A DNA stretch of 64,000 nt from Bacteroidaceae bacterium (GTDB lineage: Bacteria > Bacteroidota > Bacteroidia > Bacteroidales > Bacteroidaceae), in the NCBI GenBank assembly GCA_045628125.1, contig JAZQPA010000142.1:2355-66354 (forward strand), in the 5' to 3' direction. Positions 37,015 through 46,612 of the stretch are shown here, in pieces. Under the pieces are notes generated by a model. It made no database searches and had not been told where the DNA came from. It saw nothing but the letters and a program-made list of their open reading frames with translations. The position numbers were made by a program, and so were the translations under genes. Every line of letters starts with the position of its first letter. Within the stretch, counting starts at the first letter, position 1.

Positions 37015-37623
37015 TCAGATCATCTGTAATTGCTGAAACATGGTTCGATAAGCATCAGCCTTCTTGGCCAGTGCTATGGGATAAGCCCTTGAAGTACTTG
37101 GCATGCGGTATAGACGGAATATTTGCCCATTGAGCATGAATTCCGAACTTGAACCCATTTTTGGTTGAGCTATTTGGAAGTGTTCACAAAGCGTATCGGT
37201 GGCTTTCTGTCCTGTAGTGACAATAGCCCGGCAATCAGGCATTTGGGAAAGCAGTGACTCCACATTGGTTGGAGTTACTACTTCCAGAAATTTGTCCGAT
37301 GCATTGTCCTGCAATCTGCGGACAGCACTAGCAGTATCAAAGATTCCTATACCAACGGTGTTCAAAAAATCGATAATCTCAGGCTTCCGGTAAGTTTTTG
37401 CTTGTGTATCTACAAAATAGAGAGGGCTTTCGAAGAAGATAAGTCCTAATACACGCCACATGTCATTTTGAAAGTTAGGATAATAGAAATGAAATGCCCA
37501 CCTCTTTTGTTGAGGCGGGAATGACCCTAGCATCAGCAACTTTCCGTTAGTAGGAAGAAAGGGCTCCAGCGGATGCTGTTCAACCGGAATAGTGTTATTC
37601 TGCATATTATTTGTATGATGCAA
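37015..37623 (-). CDS. Uracil-DNA glycosylase superfamily protein (deoxyinosine/hypoxanthine-DNA glycosylase-like)
   Basis: LMLGSFPPQQ motif near the N-terminus and PSTS near the C-terminus. The start is uncertain (M1 at 37623 or M7 at 37605). Confidence 0.65.
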   Translation of the reverse strand: MHHTNNMQNNTIPVEQHPLEPFLPTNGKLLMLGSFPPQQKRWAFHFYYPNFQNDMWRVLGLIFFESPLYFVDTQAKTYRKPEIIDFLNTVGIGIFDTASAVRRLQDNASDKFLEVVTPTNVESLLSQMPDCRAIVTTGQKATDTLCEHFQIAQPKMGSSSEFMLNGQIFRLYRMPSTSRAYPIALAKKADAYRTMFQQLQMI

Positions 37624-38167
37624 AATATTTCCACAATGGAGCCACCATCAGAGCTTGTTTCAACTGGTCTGTTTGCATCAGTTCCCACACTTCCTCACGT
37701 GAAAGCAGATAAACAGAAATGTCCTCAGTACTGTCCAGATCCTGATCACCCAGACGGGTTACTCCTTCTGCCAGATAGCAGTGGGTCAAGTTGTTACAGC
37801 AACTCGGATTCTGTCCTATTTCCATCAGCTTAGTCCATGTCCCTCCTCCAAAACCGGTTTCTTCCATCAGTTCACGTTTGGCAGCTTCCAGCGGTTCTTC
37901 TCCTTCTTCTATAACACCTGCACAAATCTCGTAATTGATGGTGCCCAAGGCATGACGGTACTGACGTTCAAAAACAAACTGTCCATCATCGGTTATGGCG
38001 ATGACGTTGACCCAATCAGGATACTCTAAAACCCAGTGTTCAGGATTCTCCCTACCATCAGGCAAGCGCACATGATCCTTGCGTGCGGTAAGCCAAGGGC
38101 GGCGAATGAAGTATTCACTCTTTATGATGTCCCACTTTTGAGGTTCCTCGTTGATAATGCTTTTCAT
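37607..38167 (-). CDS. NUDIX hydrolase
   Basis: Nudix box GVIEEGEEPLEAAKRELMEETG. The start ATG overlaps the rhodanese stop (ATGA). Confidence 0.8.
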   Translation of the reverse strand: MKSIINEEPQKWDIIKSEYFIRRPWLTARKDHVRLPDGRENPEHWVLEYPDWVNVIAITDDGQFVFERQYRHALGTINYEICAGVIEEGEEPLEAAKRELMEETGFGGGTWTKLMEIGQNPSCCNNLTHCYLAEGVTRLGDQDLDSTEDISVYLLSREEVWELMQTDQLKQALMVAPLWKYFASYK

Positions 38168-38556
38168 TTGGTTACAGGTTTTCCTGCGGCAACCCAACCC
38201 TTATAGCCGCTATCCAGTTCTACAACCTCAAATCCGTTCTTCACCAAAATCTGTGCAGCCTTTTTACTACGGTTACCGCCACGGCAGTATACAGCCAGTG
38301 TCTTTCCCTTTGGCAATTGCTGCAAAGCCTTTTCCTCAAAGTCGTCTTTCAGCACGTCAATATTAATGGTGTTGGCGATATGGCCTTCGGTATATTCCTC
38401 AACAGTGCGTACGTCCAAGCGTACGATGGCTGTATCGGCAATTGCTTTCTCAAAATCCTCAGCACTCATGCTCTTAAAACCGGTAGTCTGTGCAGAACAT
38501 CCGAAGATATTTCCAATCATTGCACAAAATCCCATAAGTAAAAGTTTTACTTTCAT
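38164..38556 (-). CDS. Exported rhodanese-domain protein
   Basis: Signal peptide and active-site loop YCRGGNRS. Confidence 0.8.
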   Translation of the reverse strand: MKVKLLLMGFCAMIGNIFGCSAQTTGFKSMSAEDFEKAIADTAIVRLDVRTVEEYTEGHIANTINIDVLKDDFEEKALQQLPKGKTLAVYCRGGNRSKKAAQILVKNGFEVVELDSGYKGWVAAGKPVTK

Positions 38557-38582
38557 ATGTAATTTGTTATAGTTTATTTATT

Positions 38583-39014
38583 TCATGCCATTAATGGCTT
38601 GTCTTTGCATTTAGGGCAGATACCTTTCACCACATAGTTTATACTATTCATCTGAAAGTTTTCTGGCAATACCACCATAGGAATGTGAATATCTTCCAGA
38701 CAATAGGTCGTATGACATTGCTCGCAAAAGAAGTGCACATGCAAATCCTCGAAGTCGCATTCTCCGTGACTGTGGCAAATTTCGTATTTTACACTATCAC
38801 TTCCGTCTTCTATCACATGCAGCAGATGATGTTGCCGGAAAAGTGATAGCGTACGGAAAATGTTGCTTTTGTCTATGGTTTTCAGCAGTGATTCCAAATC
38901 GCCTAGAGACAGGGAACGTCCAGCCATCTCCATTTCTTTATAAATCTGGATGCGGTTGGCTGTCGCCTTAATGCCCTTGGCTTCCAACAGTTTGATAATT
39001 TCTGCTTTTTCCAT
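38583..39014 (-). CDS. Fur family transcriptional regulator
   Basis: Winged-helix N-terminus, HHLLHVIEDG, and paired Cys motifs (CHSHGEC, CEQC, CPKC). Begins 6 nt downstream of the permease gene. Confidence 0.8.
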   Translation of the reverse strand: MEKAEIIKLLEAKGIKATANRIQIYKEMEMAGRSLSLGDLESLLKTIDKSNIFRTLSLFRQHHLLHVIEDGSDSVKYEICHSHGECDFEDLHVHFFCEQCHTTYCLEDIHIPMVVLPENFQMNSINYVVKGICPKCKDKPLMA

Positions 39015-39020
39015 TTTATG

Positions 39021-40364
39021 TTATGCCAGTTCGAAACCGATAGATTCCACAGCTCCGCGAATTTCCTCTTCGGTTGCTGTACCCTTCACTTCGGCAGTGT
39101 TAGTTTCCAGATAAACATGTACTTCGTCCACATTTTCCAATGCGGCAATGGCATTCTCCACACTGGTACGGCAGTGGTTGCAGTTCATGCCTTTCACATT
39201 ATAAATATGGAAAGGTATGGCAACTTCCTCTGCTTTTCCTTCTTCCTCATGGCAGTGGCATTCTCTATTGCAGCAGTCGTCATCATCGTCATGACAATGG
39301 CAATGACTTTCTTCCTCTTCGTGGCAACCGCAGCCACATCCGCAACTGCATCCCTGGTGCTTGTGGCGTAGACGGAGTGTCAGTGCATTCAACAGCATCA
39401 GTGCCAATAGAATTGTACATCCTACTTTAAACCAGTCGGTTGACTTTTCGCAGCAGTCCATGGCTGTTTCTACGAAAGTAGGAGTGAACCATTCACGAGG
39501 CAAAAGGTAATCGATACCGGTACCAAACAATACGGCTCCACTGATAATTGAAATCAAATAGAGAACCATAGTTTTCTTACCTAATACCTTATTAATGACC
39601 AAAATGGATGCCACATTACATGCAGGACCTGCCATAAGCATCACCAGGGCAGCGCCTGGAGTAAGTCCTTTCAGCATTAGGGCCACAGCGATAGGAATAG
39701 ATCCGGTGGCACACAGATACATGGGGATTGCCAGACACAACACAAATAGCATGCTAAGAAAGGTGTTGCCTGCAAACAAGGCAAAGAAACTGTTTGGGAC
39801 AAATACAGTAATCAATCCAGCTACAACCAGACCGATAACCAGCCATTTGCCGATATCCTGCATCATGTCGATATAGGCATATTTCAGTGCCTCGATGACT
39901 TTTTGGACAAAACTTTTTTGCTTTACTTCAGTTTCTTTTTTCTGTGCAGTTGCCGTTGGTACTCCTTCTGCAGTGTCATCAAATATATTTACTAGGTTGC
40001 CACCGAAAATGGAAGTGCATAAAGCCACAATCGGACGGATGATGGCAAAAGGCAATCCCAATAGTGAGTAGGTAGCAATGATGGAATCTACGCCGGTCTG
40101 TGGGGTTGCAATCAGAAACGATACAGTGGCACCTTTACTGGCTCCTTCCTTTCTGAGTGACATGGCAGTAGGAATCACACCGCATGAACATAATGGCAGT
40201 GGGATTCCAAACAAGGCCGATAATAATACCGAGCGGAAGTTCCTTCCGGCTAAATACTTACTATATAGCGTGTTGGGAATAAAGACATGCATCAGTCCTG
40301 CCAAAAAGAAACCCAACAACAGATATGGCGACATTTTATTCACCAAGTCAAACATTTCTTCCAT
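39021..40364 (-). CDS. Permease (SO_0444/DUF318-type putative Cu/Zn transporter) fused to a Cys/His-rich linker and a C-terminal HMA domain
   Basis: Multi-TM permease with CSCG and CATG motifs. Residues 334-375 read HKHQGCSCGCGCGCHEEEESHCHCHDDDDDCCNRECHCHEEE, followed by a ferredoxin-like HMA domain with GMNCNHC. Confidence 0.8.
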   Translation of the reverse strand: MEEMFDLVNKMSPYLLLGFFLAGLMHVFIPNTLYSKYLAGRNFRSVLLSALFGIPLPLCSCGVIPTAMSLRKEGASKGATVSFLIATPQTGVDSIIATYSLLGLPFAIIRPIVALCTSIFGGNLVNIFDDTAEGVPTATAQKKETEVKQKSFVQKVIEALKYAYIDMMQDIGKWLVIGLVVAGLITVFVPNSFFALFAGNTFLSMLFVLCLAIPMYLCATGSIPIAVALMLKGLTPGAALVMLMAGPACNVASILVINKVLGKKTMVLYLISIISGAVLFGTGIDYLLPREWFTPTFVETAMDCCEKSTDWFKVGCTILLALMLLNALTLRLRHKHQGCSCGCGCGCHEEEESHCHCHDDDDDCCNRECHCHEEEGKAEEVAIPFHIYNVKGMNCNHCRTSVENAIAALENVDEVHVYLETNTAEVKGTATEEEIRGAVESIGFELA

Positions 40365-40390
40365 AACTTCTTTTATTTATATTTTCTGTG

Positions 40391-40398
40391 CAAAGGTA
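40391..40398 (-). promoter_or_regulatory. -7 box (TACCTTTG) for the permease-fur operon
   Basis: TAnnTTTG match 27 nt upstream of the ATG at 40364. Confidence 0.5.
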
Positions 40399-40408
40399 CA
40401 ATTAAATT

Positions 40409-40428
40409 TTGGCAACTCGGTTGCAACT
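40409..40428 (-). promoter_or_regulatory. Candidate operator: AGTTGCAAC-cg-AGTTGCCAA direct repeat containing the GTTGCAAC palindrome
   Basis: Two 9-mers (8/9 identical) with 11-bp periodicity, sitting where the -33 element should be, 10 nt upstream of the -7 box. Confidence 0.35.
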
Positions 40429-40456
40429 TTATTCTGTTATCTGATCCGTGATTGTT

Positions 40457-41077
40457 TTATCGGATAAAATTCATTGGTGCCCAAGGTTCACGTTCTGGGG
40501 TATTTCCCTCACCGGTATTAATCTTCTTCAGAAGCCAGCTCATATTGTTGGCCAATGTGCGCATAGTCTGCAAACCTTCAATATCCTGAGCGGTTTCACC
40601 TTCACTGCGGCCATAGGCGATGTTCCAGTACTGTGAGGTAACGATAGGCATATTCACCATCTGGAATGGCATTTGAAGAGTCTGGAAAGCGGCAGATGCA
40701 CCACCACGACGGCATACACAAACTACAGCTGCTGGCTTGTTGGCAAAGTTACCACTTGCGGCAAACAGCATGCGCTGTTGCAGTGATAGAACTTGACCAG
40801 CCGGCTGGCCATAATATACAGGAGAGCCTACGATCAAAGCATCACACTCCTTCATTTTGGTGATCACTTCGTTGCATACATCATCATTGAATGCGCATAG
40901 TCCCTTGCCGTTCTCACGGCATTTGGCGCAACCTATGCATCCGCGAACAGGCTTAACTCCAATCCATATCATTTCACTATCAATGCCATTTTTGGCCAAC
41001 TGCTGTGCTATCTCATTCAGTGCCACGTTGGTGTTTCCTTCACGTCGTGGGCTTCCGTTAATCAGTAATACTTTCAT
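40457..41077 (-). CDS. Flavodoxin-like fold NAD(P)H-dependent FMN reductase / iron-sulfur flavoprotein-like
   Basis: MKVLLINGSPRREGNT, a Cys cluster CIGCAKC, and VGSPVYYG. Confidence 0.75.
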   Translation of the reverse strand: MKVLLINGSPRREGNTNVALNEIAQQLAKNGIDSEMIWIGVKPVRGCIGCAKCRENGKGLCAFNDDVCNEVITKMKECDALIVGSPVYYGQPAGQVLSLQQRMLFAASGNFANKPAAVVCVCRRGGASAAFQTLQMPFQMVNMPIVTSQYWNIAYGRSEGETAQDIEGLQTMRTLANNMSWLLKKINTGEGNTPEREPWAPMNFIR

Positions 41078-41102
41078 TTCTTATACTTTTTGTTTCTTGT
41101 TA

Positions 41103-41912
41103 TTACATAGGTTTCAATCCCCAGCGTACTGACCATTCTAGTTGCTCTCCCGGTTTTAGAAGGGTATAAGCGCCTTGACTCTCCAGTTCCACATAGGTAT
41201 CTCCCTTATTCACATATACTTGAATTTCTGCTTCTCCGTGTGCAGGCTGACTGGCATCAAGGTCGGTAAATTGCTTGGTCAGCAGCAGTCCGTTATTCAT
41301 ATAACTTAGCCATCCCTTTCCATCAGCATTGATCTTGCGGTTGGCATCGGTATGGTCAATCTCATACCATGCCCATCCGTCCTTTTGTTGAAAATTCATC
41401 AGTCCTGCAGGGGTGATGCTTTCCAAGGGTGCATCAAAGAATATATTTCCATGAGCAGGTACGCGAGTGATTTCCCAAGGCGCAACTTTGCGCTCCAGGC
41501 TTGATTCATTGACGATGGTATAGGTTACTACTATGCAGTCATCTCCAGCATCTGTCGTGAACTTTTTCTTGATTCTCAATGGAAACTTTTCGGATAGTTG
41601 GCTGGTCATTTCCAAAACACCGTTGTTCTGGCTTACCTGATAAGGCATATTATCGTGCTCGCTTACCGGAGGCCAGTTCCATTCTTTTTGGGGACTGGTC
41701 CAAAAGGTACTTCCAAAAGAGTTTGGTGCCGGTGTTTTCGAAAGCACTTCCTGACCGTCATAGCAGAACGAAATGATTCTGGCACCTTGGGCCGCATCTA
41801 TCTGCATGGACAGCTTATTGACATTAATTTCGTATATGGTCTGTTCCTGAGCCTTGACATTATTGCCAATTCCAGCCAGAATTAGTAACAGCAGTAGAGT
41901 TGTGTGTTTCAT
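41103..41912 (-). CDS. Secreted protein of unknown function (DUF4380/aldose-epimerase-like beta-sandwich?)
   Basis: Signal peptide, 269 aa, beta-rich, WTSPQKEWNWPP motif. Confidence 0.5.
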   Translation of the reverse strand: MKHTTLLLLLILAGIGNNVKAQEQTIYEINVNKLSMQIDAAQGARIISFCYDGQEVLSKTPAPNSFGSTFWTSPQKEWNWPPVSEHDNMPYQVSQNNGVLEMTSQLSEKFPLRIKKKFTTDAGDDCIVVTYTIVNESSLERKVAPWEITRVPAHGNIFFDAPLESITPAGLMNFQQKDGWAWYEIDHTDANRKINADGKGWLSYMNNGLLLTKQFTDLDASQPAHGEAEIQVYVNKGDTYVELESQGAYTLLKPGEQLEWSVRWGLKPM

Positions 41913-41917
41913 TGTTA

Positions 41918-42709
41918 TCAGATATGCAAAATTGTTTCTGCAAACAATGCCGCATGACCACGCAGCAGCAGATACTCATCATTCAGTATCTCAATTTCCA
42001 CTTCTCCTCCTCGTGGCGATGCCTCCCATGCACGGATTACCTTCTTTCCCAGACGCTTTGCCCAATAAGGGCCTATTTGGCAGTGGGCACTTCCGCATAC
42101 TGGATCTTCGTTTACGCCCACTTTTGGTCCGAAACATCGTGAGCAACAGTCGAAACCATCAGAACCTGGTGCTGTAATGTGCACCATACGTCCAGGCATC
42201 TTGTTGATGGCCTGAAAATCCGGAGTAAATGATTTAACCTGGTCATCATCTGCTAATACACAGATCAGATCCAGACCATTTCCCATCCAGGCATCCAATG
42301 GAATAGTCCCCAGATTCTCTATCATTTCCTGTGTAACTTTCACTCTTTCCAATGGTATGTTAGGAAACTGCATCTCAAACATTTCACCCTTACGGCTCAC
42401 TGTCAGTTTTCCGGCCAGTGTGTAGAAGTTGACCTTCTCGGCATTTGGTTCGAAATAGTTCAGGATTATAAATCCTGAAGCAAGTGTGGCATGACCGCAA
42501 AGTCCCACTTCGCAGGCAGGAGTAAACCAGCGTAAACGATAGCCATCATTCTCTTTCAGCAAAAAGGCTGTTTCGGAAAGGTTGTTTTCCAGAGCGATGT
42601 GCTTCATCAGCTCTTCCTCTAGCCACTGCCCGTTTTCCAATACACATACGGCAGCAGGATTACCCTGAAACACTTTTGGGGTAAAAGCGTCAACAATATA
42701 TTGTTTCAT
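41918..42709 (-). CDS. PhzF family isomerase
   Basis: VDAFT...GNPAAV, ETAF and CGHATLA motifs. Confidence 0.85.
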   Translation of the reverse strand: MKQYIVDAFTPKVFQGNPAAVCVLENGQWLEEELMKHIALENNLSETAFLLKENDGYRLRWFTPACEVGLCGHATLASGFIILNYFEPNAEKVNFYTLAGKLTVSRKGEMFEMQFPNIPLERVKVTQEMIENLGTIPLDAWMGNGLDLICVLADDDQVKSFTPDFQAINKMPGRMVHITAPGSDGFDCCSRCFGPKVGVNEDPVCGSAHCQIGPYWAKRLGKKVIRAWEASPRGGEVEIEILNDEYLLLRGHAALFAETILHI

Positions 42710-42710
42710 G

Positions 42711-43535
42711 TTAATACAATTTGGTTAATACTTCGTCATCAAAGGATAACTTATTCTCGTCATTAGGGAAAGCCTTGGTTGTCACATCATCCTTAAATTG
42801 CTTCATGGCCTGTACCATAATACTATGTGTATCAGTGTACTGCTTCATGAATTTTGGTGATTTGGCTCCGGTATATCCTATCATGTGATGAAAGACCAAC
42901 ACTTGTCCGTCGCAATAGCGTCCGGCCCCAATGCCGATGGTGGAGGCAGGAACCTCTTCGGTAATCCGTTTGGCCAGATTTTCGGGCACGCATTCCATTG
43001 CGATGGAAAAAGCACCGGCTTCGGCTACAGCCTTGGCATCGTTCAGCAGTTTTTGTGCCATGGCCTCGGTTTTGCCTTGAACACGGTATCCACCCTGAGT
43101 GTTTATGGATTGAGGAGTAATGCCGATATGTCCCATGACAGGGATTCCCGCATTTACAATGGCACGAATATGCTCTGTTACTTCTGCACCTCCTTCCAGC
43201 TTTACAGCTTGGCAGTTGGTTTCCTTCATGATACGTCCGGCATTCTTAACGGCATCGTATACCGATGTCTGGTAGGACATGAATGGCATGTCTACCACAA
43301 CAAAGGCATCCCCAGCGCCACGACATACAGCCTTACCGTGGTAGATCATGTCCTCTACTGTGACAGGCAGAGTATTCTCGTACCCTAAAATCACGCTACC
43401 TAATGAATCACCCACTAATATCATGTCTATTCCTGCTTCATCCAGAATGCGGGCAGTTGGGCAATCATAAGCTACTACCATACTGAAGGCCTGTTTACCT
43501 TTTTGTTCCAGAAAATAGTTTGTTGTCTTCTTCAT
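42711..43535 (-). CDS. panB: 3-methyl-2-oxobutanoate hydroxymethyltransferase
   Basis: MVVAYDCPTARILDEAGIDMILVGDSLG, KLEGG and GHIGITPQ. Confidence 0.9.
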   Translation of the reverse strand: MKKTTNYFLEQKGKQAFSMVVAYDCPTARILDEAGIDMILVGDSLGSVILGYENTLPVTVEDMIYHGKAVCRGAGDAFVVVDMPFMSYQTSVYDAVKNAGRIMKETNCQAVKLEGGAEVTEHIRAIVNAGIPVMGHIGITPQSINTQGGYRVQGKTEAMAQKLLNDAKAVAEAGAFSIAMECVPENLAKRITEEVPASTIGIGAGRYCDGQVLVFHHMIGYTGAKSPKFMKQYTDTHSIMVQAMKQFKDDVTTKAFPNDENKLSFDDEVLTKLY

Positions 43536-43539
43536 TTCC

Positions 43540-45015
43540 TCATTTATTTTCTGCCAATCGTTTCAATAATTCTACAACTACTAGCCAAATCTTGTCACAG
43601 GTATCCAGGTCTACCCGTTCTGATGTAGAATGTGGCTCAATGATGCGAGGACCGATTGAAGCAATTTCTACACCAGGGTATTTTTGAACATAATATGCGG
43701 CTTCCAGTACAAAGTGCATGGCCACTTTCTTAGGTTCAAAACCTAGTACATCCTTGAACGTTTGGCAAGTTAGTGCCAGTAAAGGAGAATCTTCACGCTC
43801 CATCCATGCTGGAGTATCCATCAGCAGAATCACTTCTTCAGCCTTACATGCCAGGAAGAATTGTTTGATATGTTCGCCCAGGTTGTGCATTTCCTCATCC
43901 GAGAAACTGCGGGTATGGCAGGATACAGTCACCTGTTCCTCGCAAGTGTTTATTACTCCAATGTTGTTACTGGTCATTACGGTGTGTGGCATATCTTTGC
44001 GCATAGCCATCACTCCAAATGGCAGTTCGCTGATACAGTTCAGAATGTCGGCCGCATTTGCTAAATAGAGAGGATGTGCATTAGTTTCCTCAATGCGTAG
44101 GCATACTTCACAATCGTTCTTGGAATAACGCTGGCTTACCACGGTATTGCAGATATTCACGAACATTTCCAGTGATGGTACCGATGCTTCTGACAAAGCC
44201 ACAATCATTTCCGACCATGAAGCAATGGACGCATTAGCTGTACCTCCGTTGATGGCGCATACCATGATGTTGTTATCTGGCAGATTTTTCATGTGGCCAC
44301 ACATCTCTTTGATGCAGTTGCAGCGTCCTTTACTGATATCCACGCCAGAATGACCTCCAAGACCACCATCGATGACCAATCTGCGGAACACCATACCTTC
44401 AGGAATAGGTTTCCATTCGGCCTTCCAATGTGCAACCTGAATATATGCACCAGCTGCACCGGTGGTTATCTCATCAAATGCCTCGCTATCCAGATTCAGA
44501 ATCTTACGTCCGCGGATAAAATCCAGACTCAGTGCCTCGGCACCGCTCATTCCGTCCTCCTCGTTGGTGGTAGTCAACACTTCCAATGGTCCATGAACCA
44601 GGGAATCATCAGTCAGCACAGCCAGTGCCATTGACAGACCCATACCGTTGTCTGCTCCTAAAGATGTACCCTCGGCTTTCATCCAGCGAGTTTCTGAATT
44701 ATCCTCGTTCTTTACGATGTCCATGTAAGGAATAATCTCATCATTCAGAGGATCGAATGGTTTGCCGTTACGCAGGTAACCATCCTTGGCCACACATACC
44801 ATATCCATATGGTTCAAGAGAACTGTCGGTTCTGCCTGCTCGTATCCCGGAGTGGCGTCTTTTTCGATAACTACGCAGTTCTCTGCATCTCTGCGGTAGC
44901 GCAATCCGTTTCGGGTAGCAAACTCGCAAAGGAAATCAGCCACACGCTCCTCGTGGTGTGATGAGCGTGGAATCTTGTTCAATTGACTGAAAATCTCGTA
45001 AAAATTCTGTTTCAT
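43540..45015 (-). CDS. pepD: Aminoacyl-histidine dipeptidase (M20 family PepD)
   Basis: IPRSSHHEE, GTSLGADNGMG, HGPLEVLTTTNEEDGMSGA and LNLDSE resemble E. coli PepD. Confidence 0.85.
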   Translation of the reverse strand: MKQNFYEIFSQLNKIPRSSHHEERVADFLCEFATRNGLRYRRDAENCVVIEKDATPGYEQAEPTVLLNHMDMVCVAKDGYLRNGKPFDPLNDEIIPYMDIVKNEDNSETRWMKAEGTSLGADNGMGLSMALAVLTDDSLVHGPLEVLTTTNEEDGMSGAEALSLDFIRGRKILNLDSEAFDEITTGAAGAYIQVAHWKAEWKPIPEGMVFRRLVIDGGLGGHSGVDISKGRCNCIKEMCGHMKNLPDNNIMVCAINGGTANASIASWSEMIVALSEASVPSLEMFVNICNTVVSQRYSKNDCEVCLRIEETNAHPLYLANAADILNCISELPFGVMAMRKDMPHTVMTSNNIGVINTCEEQVTVSCHTRSFSDEEMHNLGEHIKQFFLACKAEEVILLMDTPAWMEREDSPLLALTCQTFKDVLGFEPKKVAMHFVLEAAYYVQKYPGVEIASIGPRIIEPHSTSERVDLDTCDKIWLVVVELLKRLAENK

Positions 45016-45026
45016 ATCGTTGTTTT

Positions 45027-45944
45027 TTATTTTTTACCTTTATTGATGATATAGATTCCAATGGTGGCTAACGCACCTGCTATAACGTACTTCCAATAGA
45101 ATTGCTCGTGCAGGCACATACAGGAAGTCACAGCTCCTACCACAGGAATCAGTGAATTATATATGGCCACTTTTCCCACCGGATTACAGCTCAACAGCTT
45201 GTTATACAGCGTGAAACCAATGGTAGAGATGGCAATAAGCAATAGAAGAATGAATAGTCCTGTAAAGTTGATGACAGGCAGATGTCCGTGCATCATAAGG
45301 GCTGGGATGATCAGTAGCGCACCTCCCAGTGCCAGACCATAGCCAGTTCCAACAAAAACATCCACACGTTTACTTAATCCTCGTGTCATCAGTGATGCGG
45401 TGGCTCCGCATAGGGCATTCAGAATAATCATACCATCACCCAATAAAGTAAACTGTCCACTGGCCTTTCCACCCAGGTTTAAGGTCAGGATACCGGTAAA
45501 GCCAATAACGCATCCCAGGGCTTTCTGCATGGTCATTTTATCACTCTTGAAGAATAGGCATGCCATAATAACGACCGAGAACACGCTCAATGAATTCAAA
45601 ATGGCAGCACGGCTTCCTTCACTGTGCGACAAACCAAAATAGAAACATGCATAGTGTAGAGTGGTGTTCATTAGGGCGAAAACCAAAATATACCACCAAT
45701 CCGATGTGTGGTGTAACTTAAAGTCTCTGTGAGCTTTTTGAGCCACAGCCAGTATGATGAGGCCCGAAACTAGAAAACGGATTCCAGCAAACAGCATTTT
45801 ACTTCCGGTCATATCGGTAGTAATGGCAAATGCTTCAAACCCCAGTTTGATGAGTGGATAGGCCCAGCCCCATGCAATGGCGGCAGTCAGGGCGAACATG
45901 GTCACCCAAACAGGTCGCTGGAAAATATTTTGGGGCTCTTTCAT
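45027..45944 (-). CDS. DMT superfamily (EamA) transporter
   Basis: 10 TM helices in two EamA-like halves. Confidence 0.8.
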   Translation of the reverse strand: MKEPQNIFQRPVWVTMFALTAAIAWGWAYPLIKLGFEAFAITTDMTGSKMLFAGIRFLVSGLIILAVAQKAHRDFKLHHTSDWWYILVFALMNTTLHYACFYFGLSHSEGSRAAILNSLSVFSVVIMACLFFKSDKMTMQKALGCVIGFTGILTLNLGGKASGQFTLLGDGMIILNALCGATASLMTRGLSKRVDVFVGTGYGLALGGALLIIPALMMHGHLPVINFTGLFILLLLIAISTIGFTLYNKLLSCNPVGKVAIYNSLIPVVGAVTSCMCLHEQFYWKYVIAGALATIGIYIINKGKK

Positions 45945-46029
45945 TATAAATTAGGTGTGTTGAAATGCTTTTGTTAATTTTATTCTGCAAATATAGGCAT
46001 TAATAGTTTCTTTACCCTCTTTTTTTTCA

Positions 46030-46037
46030 TATCTTTG
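46030..46037 (+). promoter_or_regulatory. -7 box (TATCTTTG) for rubrerythrin
   Basis: TAnnTTTG match 30 nt upstream of the ATG. Confidence 0.45.
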
Positions 46038-46066
46038 CATAATAACACTTAAAAAGTAATCAGATT

Positions 46067-46609
46067 ATGAAAGAATCAAAGTACAAAGGTACCCAGACCG
46101 AGAAGAATCTGGAGGCTGCATTTGCAGGTGAGAGTCAGGCACGCAACAAGTATACTTATTTTGCTGCCATTGCTATGAAGGAAGGTTATGAGCAGATTGC
46201 AGATCTGTTCACAAAGACAGCAGAAAACGAGAAAGAGCATGCAAAGATGTGGTATAAGGAATTGAATGGCTTGGGCGATACCGCAGAGAATCTGGAGGCT
46301 GCTGCAGATGGCGAGAACTACGAGTGGACAGATATGTACGAGGCTTTTGCTAAGACAGCTGAGGAAGAGGGCTTTAAAACATTGGCCAAGAAGTTCCGTA
46401 TGGTTGCTGCTATTGAAAAACGTCATGAGGAGCGCTATCGTGCATTGCTGAATAATGTTCAGAATGCCGAGGTATTCGAGAAGAGCGAGGTAAAGGTATG
46501 GGAGTGCCGCAATTGTGGTCATATTGTTGTAGGTACAAAAGCTCCAGCTGCTTGTGCGGTTTGTGCATATCCTCAGTCATTCTTTGAGGTACATGTTGAC
46601 AACTTCTAA
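46067..46609 (+). CDS. rbr: Rubrerythrin
   Basis: Diiron ExxH motifs ([16 protein letters not shown]) plus a C-terminal rubredoxin CxxC...CxxC (CRNCG...CAVC). Confidence 0.9.
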   Translation: MKESKYKGTQTEKNLEAAFAGESQARNKYTYFAAIAMKEGYEQIADLFTKTAENEKEHAKMWYKELNGLGDTAENLEAAADGENYEWTDMYEAFAKTAEEEGFKTLAKKFRMVAAIEKRHEERYRALLNNVQNAEVFEKSEVKVWECRNCGHIVVGTKAPAACAVCAYPQSFFEVHVDNF

Positions 46610-46612
46610 TTA

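Noticed and set aside
39240-39365. GC-rich quasi-tandem repeat that looked like a short array
   Set aside because: It is in frame inside a long CDS and encodes a Cys/His/Asp/Glu linker. It is not a CRISPR array or a non-coding repeat array.
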